The translations under genes were made by a program, and so were the position numbers. Below, one piece after another: positions 57,176 to 64,000 of a stretch of 64,000 bases of DNA (the stretch's first letter is position 1; each line of letters starts with the position of its first letter). The DNA lies in contig CAMTYL010000004.1 in the NCBI GenBank assembly GCA_947085985.1, positions 150,885 through 214,884 of the forward strand. Direction: 5' to 3'. Source of the stretch: an uncultured bacterium. Its GTDB lineage: Bacteria; Patescibacteriota; Minisyncoccia; Phycocordibacterales; Phycocordibacteraceae. Under the pieces are notes generated by a model, which worked only from the letters and a program-made list of their open reading frames with translations, was not told where the DNA came from and did no database searches.

Positions 57176-59068
57176 ATGCCACCGAATGCACCCAAGGAGA
57201 ACAGCAGCGCGCTTGAGGAGCTGCGTCAAAAGCTCTACGCAACGGATGCGCCACAGAGCTTCCCAGAGCAAGCCATACACGCACCCTCAGTGCACCAGGG
57301 TAGCGTAGAGGAGACCACTGCCTGGGCAGCCGAGGTGCCGAAAAGGAAAGTGGCCTGGTCGGTGATGTTTCTTTTTGGTGCAATCGGGGTATTTGTATTG
57401 GCGCTTGCCATAGCTGCGTATTTCCTCGTATTTGGTGGCGGCGCCGTATCCACTGACAATGTTGAGATTACGGTGGCACCTATTCCATCACTACGTAGTG
57501 GCGATGTCGCGCCTCTTTTGGTAACGATTAAAAACAATAACCCAACGCCAATGGTTGGTGCGGTACTCTCCGCGTCGTTTCCTGAGACAGCGCGTTCTGC
57601 AGATGACCATACAATTCCGTATCCCCGATATGAAGACATGGTGGGGGATATAGCACCAGGGGCCGCGATTACGCGCACGGTGCGCGTGGTGCTCTCGGGT
57701 GCCGAGGGAGATGTGTTCAGTATCCCCCTAAAGGTGGAGTACAAAACAGAAGGCTCCAATGCCACATTCGTGAAAGATGATAGTCACGATGTCACCATCA
57801 CCTCCTCGCCCCTGTCGGTGCGCGTAGTTGCTCCAGTGCAAGCAACAGCAGGACAGGACATCACGCTACAAGTATTTATCCGCTCAGACGCTCCGACCGC
57901 GCTTGAAAATATCGTGGTATTTGCTGAATACCCGTTTGGTTTCATTCCGGCAAAAACAGGACTCTCAACAACGCTCTTTGATGTGGGCACCATTTCCCCT
58001 GGACAGGAGGTTTCCGTGAATGTGCAGGGAACATTGTCCGGAGAGGACATGGACGAACGAGTCTTTCGGTTTAAGGTGGGTACCCGCGGAGCGCAGGGAG
58101 CGCTTGGTGTTACCTACGCGTTTGGGCAGGGAAGTGTAGGACTGTCCAACCCATTCCTCGCTACTACGTTTGCCGTGAACGGGAACCGCGGGACGGATTT
58201 GGTGGTGCCAGTGGGTGAGTCAAACTCGGTAAGTGTGGAGTGGGTTAATAGTTTGCCTCAAGAGCTTACCGATGCTCGCATAACAGTGAAGCTTGCCGGA
58301 GACGTACTTGACCCGTCGTCCGTGGTAGTTGCTGGAGGCTTCTACCGCTCAGTGGACCAGACAATCATTTTTGGGCGAGAAACAAATGCTACGCTCGCTC
58401 GTCTTACTTCGGGCACAAAGGGCTCCGGGTCCTTCACCTTCAGGACAAAACAGATTGACTCTATTCGTGCACTTCGCAATCCAACCATTGCCGCAACGGT
58501 GACGGTGTCAGGGCGAAGTAGTAAGGATGGAAACACACCCGTATTGAATACAGCCACCATAAACCGCACCATTCAGATAGGTACTGATTTAGGCTTCAAC
58601 TCGTACTCTTCGCGAACAACAGGGCCGTTTACAAACACAGGTCCTGTTCCACCGAAAGCCAACACGGAAAGCACCTACACCATATTTTTTGACTTTACCT
58701 CAACCGTTAATTCCGTAGCAGGTGCCACCGCAAAGGGAGTGCTTCCGCCGTATGTCAGGTTTGTGGGCGCCACGAGCCCAAACGATGGTTCAATCACCTT
58801 TGACGAGAACACCAGAACGGTAACGTGGGCAGCAGGAGAAGTGACCGCCGGAACCACAAGCGCCGCGCCGAAGCGGGGTGCGTTCCAGGTTGCACTCTTG
58901 CCAAGCTTCTCCCAACAGGGTACAAGTCCAATACTGATGTCCTTCGTCTCGTACAGTGCGACTGACCGTTTTACCAAGCGTCTGCTTGAGGGGCGGGGCC
59001 AGGATGTGTCTACCCAGACACTGCGCGACCCTGGCTTTGTAAGTGCGCAGGGAGAAGTAGCACGATAA
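57176..59068 (+). CDS. Single-TM protein with several Ig-like extracellular domains
   Basis: TM followed by beta-rich repeats; 'GPVPPKAN..STYTI'. Confidence 0.75.
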   Translation: MPPNAPKENSSALEELRQKLYATDAPQSFPEQAIHAPSVHQGSVEETTAWAAEVPKRKVAWSVMFLFGAIGVFVLALAIAAYFLVFGGGAVSTDNVEITVAPIPSLRSGDVAPLLVTIKNNNPTPMVGAVLSASFPETARSADDHTIPYPRYEDMVGDIAPGAAITRTVRVVLSGAEGDVFSIPLKVEYKTEGSNATFVKDDSHDVTITSSPLSVRVVAPVQATAGQDITLQVFIRSDAPTALENIVVFAEYPFGFIPAKTGLSTTLFDVGTISPGQEVSVNVQGTLSGEDMDERVFRFKVGTRGAQGALGVTYAFGQGSVGLSNPFLATTFAVNGNRGTDLVVPVGESNSVSVEWVNSLPQELTDARITVKLAGDVLDPSSVVVAGGFYRSVDQTIIFGRETNATLARLTSGTKGSGSFTFRTKQIDSIRALRNPTIAATVTVSGRSSKDGNTPVLNTATINRTIQIGTDLGFNSYSSRTTGPFTNTGPVPPKANTESTYTIFFDFTSTVNSVAGATAKGVLPPYVRFVGATSPNDGSITFDENTRTVTWAAGEVTAGTTSAAPKRGAFQVALLPSFSQQGTSPILMSFVSYSATDRFTKRLLEGRGQDVSTQTLRDPGFVSAQGEVAR

Positions 59069-59078
59069 CCAGAACACC

Positions 59079-60416
59079 ATGTCCAAGAAAATAGAATCTT
59101 TAGAGCCTATCGTTTCCCTCGCAAAGCGTCGCGGTTTCATATACCCGGGCTCCGATATTTATGGCGGCTTGGCAGGAACGTTTGACTACGGCCCCCTTGG
59201 CGTCGCGCTAAAGGACAATGTAAAGAAAATCTGGTGGCGTATGTTTGTTGAGACGCGCGACGACATGTACGGTGTAGACGCTGCTATTTTAATGAATCCA
59301 AAAGTGTGGGAAGCATCTGGTCACGTATCAGGATTCTCTGACCCTCTAGTTGAATGTTCAAATTGTAAGAAGCGCTTCCGTGCCGACCACCTGGAAAATG
59401 CAGACACCTGTCCTGCCTGCCAAAAGAAGGGAACCCTTGGAGAAGCCCGCCAATTCAACATGATGTTTGCTACAAAGGCGGGTGCCATGGAGGACGAGTC
59501 CGCCACAGTGTATCTGCGTCCAGAAACCGCAGCAGGCATGTTTGTGAACTTCAAGAATGTAATTGATTCGTTCCACCCAAAGCTGCCGTTTGGACTAGGG
59601 CAAATTGGAAAAGCATTTCGCAATGAAATAGCCCCGCGTGATTTCATTTTCCGTCTGCGCGAGCTGGAGCAAATGGAAGTGGAGTATTTTGTGCGCGAAA
59701 GCGACTGGGAGCGCGCGTTTGCTGAATGGCAGGAGAAAATGCACGAATTTGCACGCGCAATTGGCCTTCCCGGCGAGGCGCTTCACGAGCTTGAAGTAGA
59801 GTCGCAAGACTTGGCGCACTACTCAAAGCGCACCATTGATTTTGAGTTCGACTATCCATTTGGGCGCAAAGAGCTCTGGGGTCTTGCATACCGCACGGAC
59901 TTTGACCTCCTGGCCCACGAGAAAGGCTCAACGGTAAGCCTCAACTACCTTGATGAAGAATCAGGAGAACGATTTACACCGCACGTGATAGAACCATCGC
60001 TTGGTGTGGACCGCACCGTGCTCGCGATACTTTCAAGCGCATACTGCGAAGACGAGCTTGGTGGGGAAGTGAGAAGCTATTTGAAGCTCGCGCCGTCAGT
60101 GGCGCCTGTCAAGGCAATGGTGTCGCCCCTTCTCAAGAACAAGCCAGAACTTGTAGAGAAGGCAAAAGAGGTGAGAAAGAAGCTGCAGACGGTACACCCA
60201 GCTATTGCGTGGGACGACAACGGAAATATTGGCAAGCGATACCGAAGACAGGACGAAATTGGCACGCCATTTTGTATTACCGTTGACTTTGACACCCTTG
60301 GTGAGAAACCAGAGCTTCTAAACACCGTTACGCTTCGCCACCGCGACACTGGAGAGCAGGAGCGGCTTACTGTGGACGAGGTAGTGGAGCGAATTCGTCA
60401 GGCGAGCGTATACTAA
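59079..60416 (+). CDS. glyS: Glycine--tRNA ligase, homodimeric type
   Basis: 'DYGPLG', 'YLRPETA', 'FRNEI', 'HVIEPSLG', 'YRRQDEIGTP'. Confidence 0.95.
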   Translation: MSKKIESLEPIVSLAKRRGFIYPGSDIYGGLAGTFDYGPLGVALKDNVKKIWWRMFVETRDDMYGVDAAILMNPKVWEASGHVSGFSDPLVECSNCKKRFRADHLENADTCPACQKKGTLGEARQFNMMFATKAGAMEDESATVYLRPETAAGMFVNFKNVIDSFHPKLPFGLGQIGKAFRNEIAPRDFIFRLRELEQMEVEYFVRESDWERAFAEWQEKMHEFARAIGLPGEALHELEVESQDLAHYSKRTIDFEFDYPFGRKELWGLAYRTDFDLLAHEKGSTVSLNYLDEESGERFTPHVIEPSLGVDRTVLAILSSAYCEDELGGEVRSYLKLAPSVAPVKAMVSPLLKNKPELVEKAKEVRKKLQTVHPAIAWDDNGNIGKRYRRQDEIGTPFCITVDFDTLGEKPELLNTVTLRHRDTGEQERLTVDEVVERIRQASVY

Positions 60417-60420
60417 AGAC

Positions 60421-61479
60421 ATGAGCACCGAGACGCGCATTGCTATCACAACCGGCACCTTCCTACGGGCTATTTTGATCGGTGGGCTTGCGTACGCGGC
60501 GTGGATTCTGCGGGACCTATTCTTGCTTGTGCTCACGGCGATAGTTATCGCCTCGGCAATCGAGCCTGGGGTGGCATTTTTTGTAAAGCGTCGGATTCCG
60601 CGCGCTATCGCCGTGCTCGGTATGTATGGCATGGTGTTCGGGTCATTATTTGCCGTTACGTATTTGTTCTTGCCTCCTGTACTAAACGATGCGCAGACAT
60701 TCCTACAGGCTGCTCCTGAATACCTAGATACGCTCCATGTGCCAGCCTCGCTCACCAATATCACTGACGCTGCGCATGACGCAACGTCCAATCAGTCGCA
60801 GTCCATCTTTGAAACTATCCTCTCATTCCAGTCTGCATTCTCTGATACGTCTGGCGGAACGGTGCGCGTGCTCTCCACGTTCTTTGGTGGTATCTTCGCT
60901 CTTCTGCTGGTGATTGTGTTGTCTTTCTACTTTGCACTGCAGGAGACTGGTGTGGACGACTTCCTCCGTCTTATCACCCCCGCTAAGCACGAGGAGTATG
61001 TGGTGAATCTGTGGGTGCGCGCAAAGAAAAAGATTGGACAATGGATGCAGGGCCAGTTGCTCCTGTCACTTTTGGTGGGAATCATTGTGTATCTCGGTCT
61101 CCTTATTCTGGGAGTACCGTACGCACTTTTCTTGGCGGTCGCGGCAGCACTTTTGGACCTTATTCCGCTGTTCGGTTCATTCCTTGCAGGAATTCTCGGC
61201 GTGGTAGTCGCTTTCTCTTCCGGTGGTTTCACCCTCGCGCTTATCGTGGCGGGCCTCTATTTCATTGTGAATCAGTTTGAGGCGCACCTTATCTATCCAT
61301 TAGTAGTGAACAAGGTGGTGGGTATACCTCCGCTTCTCGTGATTCTCTCACTCATTATTGGAGGAAGTCTTGCGGGCTTCCTCGGTATCCTGCTTTCTAT
61401 TCCTATTGCAGCTGGACTTCGTGAGTTCTTGAATGACTTTGATAAGTCTAAGCAGCGCGCACGAGACCTGGTGCTGTAG
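60421..61479 (+). CDS. AI-2E family transporter
   Basis: Multi-TM; 'QFEAHLIYP', 'GILLSIPIAA'. Confidence 0.88.
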   Translation: MSTETRIAITTGTFLRAILIGGLAYAAWILRDLFLLVLTAIVIASAIEPGVAFFVKRRIPRAIAVLGMYGMVFGSLFAVTYLFLPPVLNDAQTFLQAAPEYLDTLHVPASLTNITDAAHDATSNQSQSIFETILSFQSAFSDTSGGTVRVLSTFFGGIFALLLVIVLSFYFALQETGVDDFLRLITPAKHEEYVVNLWVRAKKKIGQWMQGQLLLSLLVGIIVYLGLLILGVPYALFLAVAAALLDLIPLFGSFLAGILGVVVAFSSGGFTLALIVAGLYFIVNQFEAHLIYPLVVNKVVGIPPLLVILSLIIGGSLAGFLGILLSIPIAAGLREFLNDFDKSKQRARDLVL

Positions 61480-61490
61480 CAAACAAGCCT

Positions 61491-62930
61491 ATGGCAAGGT
61501 ACCTCACAACCACACTCCCGTATGTAAACGACGAACCGCATCTGGGCTTTGCACTTGAGAGTGTGTACGCAGATGTGCTCGCGCGCGCGTGGCGCTTGGC
61601 AGGAGAAGACGTCTTTTTTTCAACAGGCACCGACGAACACGGGCAAAAAATATTTGAAGCCGCACAGAAGAAGGGACAACATGTGCAAGAGTATGTAGAT
61701 TTCTATGCTTCAAGAGTTGAAGGACTAAAAGACGTACTTGCTCTCACGCCAGACAACTTTATTCGCACCTCAAGTGAGGCGCACAAACAAGCCGCGCAGG
61801 AGATGTGGCGACGCTGCGACGCTGCAGGAGACATATATAAGAAAGCCTATTCTGGTACGTACTGTGTTGGGTGCGAGGCGTACAAAACCGAAAAGGATTT
61901 GACTCCAGAGGGCACCTGCGAACTGCACCCAAGCACACCCGTCCAAATCATTGAAGAAGAGAACTACTTTTTTCGTCTCTCAAAGTACCAGCAGGACCTA
62001 GAAGAGTATCTTTCGCACGAAGGGGTAATTATTCCTGAGTGGCGCCGTCAGGAAGCACTCAATTTTGTACGAGGCGGACTAGAGGATTTCAGCATCTCTC
62101 GCTCTAAAGAAAAACTGACTTGGGGGATTTCTGTGCCTGGAGACGATGAGCAAGTGATGTATGTCTGGTTTGACGCGCTTACCGACTACATTTCAACACT
62201 AGGCTGGCCAGAGGACGCGCAGGGGAACTATAAGAAATTCTGGGAAGAGGGAAGCACCGTGCAGGTGGCAGGGAAGGACCAGGTGCGGTTCCAGTCAGTT
62301 ATGTGGCAGGCCATGCTTATGTCCGCACAGATTAAGACTACCGACCAGGTGTTCTATCACGGCTTCATCAACTCAAACGGGCAACGTATGAGCAAGTCCA
62401 CCGGCAACGTTATTAGCCCGTACGAGCTGGTAGAGAAGTATGGGGTGGACGCGACCCGCTACTTGCTCCTTCGTCACGTGCATCCAACCGAAGACTCCGA
62501 CATAACCTGGGAGCGACTAGATGAGTGGTACACCGCTCACTTGGTGAACGGACTTGGGAACTTGGTATCGCGCGTAATGAAGCTTGCGCAGGAACATTTG
62601 CCAGGCCCAGTGTCACTGGTTGATTTGGGTCACACCATAGACCCTACATTTTTTACGCGTCTTGAAGCATTCTCATTCCAGGAGGCCATGAATGAAATTT
62701 TTGCTCTTGTTGGAGAGGGGGACGAGTTCATGACAAGAGAGGAGCCGTTCAAAAAAATTAAGGTAGAGGATACAGAAGGCATTGCACGAGCTGATATTGC
62801 AAAGCTTGTGAGCGATGTTGCACGCATCGCCCTATATCTTGCGCCGTTCATGCCGAGCACGAGTGTGCGGATATTAGACGCAGTACATACAAACACCAAG
62901 CCTGAAAACCTTTTCCCGCGCCTTCCATAA
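61491..62930 (+). CDS. metG: Methionine--tRNA ligase (no C-terminal tRNA-binding domain)
   Basis: 'PYVN..PHLG', 'GTDEHGQK', 'YVWFDAL', 'MSKS'. Confidence 0.95.
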   Translation: MARYLTTTLPYVNDEPHLGFALESVYADVLARAWRLAGEDVFFSTGTDEHGQKIFEAAQKKGQHVQEYVDFYASRVEGLKDVLALTPDNFIRTSSEAHKQAAQEMWRRCDAAGDIYKKAYSGTYCVGCEAYKTEKDLTPEGTCELHPSTPVQIIEEENYFFRLSKYQQDLEEYLSHEGVIIPEWRRQEALNFVRGGLEDFSISRSKEKLTWGISVPGDDEQVMYVWFDALTDYISTLGWPEDAQGNYKKFWEEGSTVQVAGKDQVRFQSVMWQAMLMSAQIKTTDQVFYHGFINSNGQRMSKSTGNVISPYELVEKYGVDATRYLLLRHVHPTEDSDITWERLDEWYTAHLVNGLGNLVSRVMKLAQEHLPGPVSLVDLGHTIDPTFFTRLEAFSFQEAMNEIFALVGEGDEFMTREEPFKKIKVEDTEGIARADIAKLVSDVARIALYLAPFMPSTSVRILDAVHTNTKPENLFPRLP

Positions 62931-62932
62931 GC

Positions 62933-63724
62933 ATGAAATACTTTGACGCGCACTGTCATATCCAATTTCCCATGTTTGACGAAGACCGGGAAGCACTTGC
63001 TCTGCGAATGGAGCAGGAAGCATTCGGTGGGGTCGTTGTCGGAGTAGACCGAACCTCTAGCGAGCAAGCAGTTGCACTCGCTGAAACACATCCGCACTTG
63101 TGGGCTGCTGTTGGATTGCATCCAAACTACACTGAAAAGCAGGCGTTTGAGGTGGATGCATTCAAGCTACTGGCCATGCATGAGAAGGTGGTCGCGATTG
63201 GAGAATGCGGACTAGATAACTTTCGCCCAGAGAATCCCCACGAGACACGCGCTACGCAACGAGCGGTGTTTGAGCAACACATTCGTCTAGCGATTGAGGT
63301 TGATAAACCACTCATGATTCATGCGCGCCCCACAAAGGGAACGCAGGATGCTTACCAGGATTTGATTGAAATACTCACGTCGTACAAGAAAGAGCATGGA
63401 GAGCGTCTGCGCGGCGACATCCACTTCTTTGTGGGTGGGGTAGAGGAGGCTCGAGCACTTATTGACTTGGACTTCACTCTGTCGTTTACCGCGGTGCTCA
63501 CTTTTACCCACGATTATGATGACGTGGTGCGGTTTGCACCAATCACGCACCTGCTGTCAGAGACCGACGCTCCGTATGTGGCGCCCGTCTCTCGTCGCGG
63601 GCAGAGAAATGACCCATTTTCAGTTCGCGACGTCGTACAGGCTATGGCCGCGATACGTGGCGAGGACGAAGAGCTGGTACGGCAGACGGTACTCAGTAAT
63701 GCCAAGCGCCTCTTCAAGCTATAG
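62933..63724 (+). CDS. TatD-family nuclease
   Basis: 'DAHCH', 'GLHP', 'IGECGLD', 'ETDAPY'. Confidence 0.93.
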   Translation: MKYFDAHCHIQFPMFDEDREALALRMEQEAFGGVVVGVDRTSSEQAVALAETHPHLWAAVGLHPNYTEKQAFEVDAFKLLAMHEKVVAIGECGLDNFRPENPHETRATQRAVFEQHIRLAIEVDKPLMIHARPTKGTQDAYQDLIEILTSYKKEHGERLRGDIHFFVGGVEEARALIDLDFTLSFTAVLTFTHDYDDVVRFAPITHLLSETDAPYVAPVSRRGQRNDPFSVRDVVQAMAAIRGEDEELVRQTVLSNAKRLFKL

Positions 63725-63782
63725 CAAGCAAATAGAGGGGTTTATTGCCGAGAGCGCTCCCGCGTGGTACAGTTCGCCCGTT

Positions 63783-64000
63783 ATGAAAAAAGAATTCGAT
63801 AACGGTGCCGAGAGCACCGAGCTAGAGACGGAGGCGGGATATAACGAGTCCCGCGTGTACGAACTCGGCTTCCACCTCGACCCTGAGCTTCCTCAGGAAG
63901 AGGCGAAAAAAACGTACCAGGTACTTCGCGACATTGTGTCAGGAGCAGGAGACATTATTGCTGAAGGCCAGCCACAGAAGGTGCAGCTTGCCTACACTAT
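63783..64000 (+). CDS. rpsF: 30S ribosomal protein S6 with acidic N-terminal extension (runs off window end)
   Basis: Manual translation MKKEFDNG...RVYELGFHLDPEL...KVQLAYT. Confidence 0.8.
   Translation, partial: MKKEFDNGAESTELETEAGYNESRVYELGFHLDPELPQEEAKKTYQVLRDIVSGAGDIIAEGQPQKVQLAYT

Overview
Core chromosomal segment around the replication origin of a small-genome bacterium. The gene set points to Patescibacteria/CPR, Parcubacteria-like (inference): rplK not followed by rplA, tRNA-Arg(GCG), a PrgI/VirB4/VirB6/pilin locus, IleRS with an inserted His-phosphatase domain, and short YebC and PolA. Contents: a T4SS-like locus (1-9.8 kb); yidC-rnpA-rpmH / dnaA-oriC-dnaN; PBP1A; ruvC-yebC-ruvB; a PilB ATPase; tsaE-polA-holA; murE-ruvA; pilMNO; a zinc module; secE-nusG-rplK; a folate/thymidylate cluster; four aminoacyl-tRNA synthetases (argS, ileS, glyS, metG); and seven tRNA genes. 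The most striking unexplained signal is a family of about 170-205 bp non-coding elements directly behind five of the seven tRNAs (Lys, Arg-GCG, Arg-TCT, Leu, His). Each copy carries an antisense copy of its own tRNA's 3' end (split by a hairpin in four of five), a shared covarying structured core, and a distal direct repeat of the tRNA 3' end. Also present: an orphan multi-helix ncRNA candidate (18.7-18.9 kb), an unannotated hyper-acidic 43-aa ORF, REP-like repeats, palindromes inserted in frame into genes, and many apparently leaderless promoters. All calls come from reading the sequence and motifs by eye; no searches were run.
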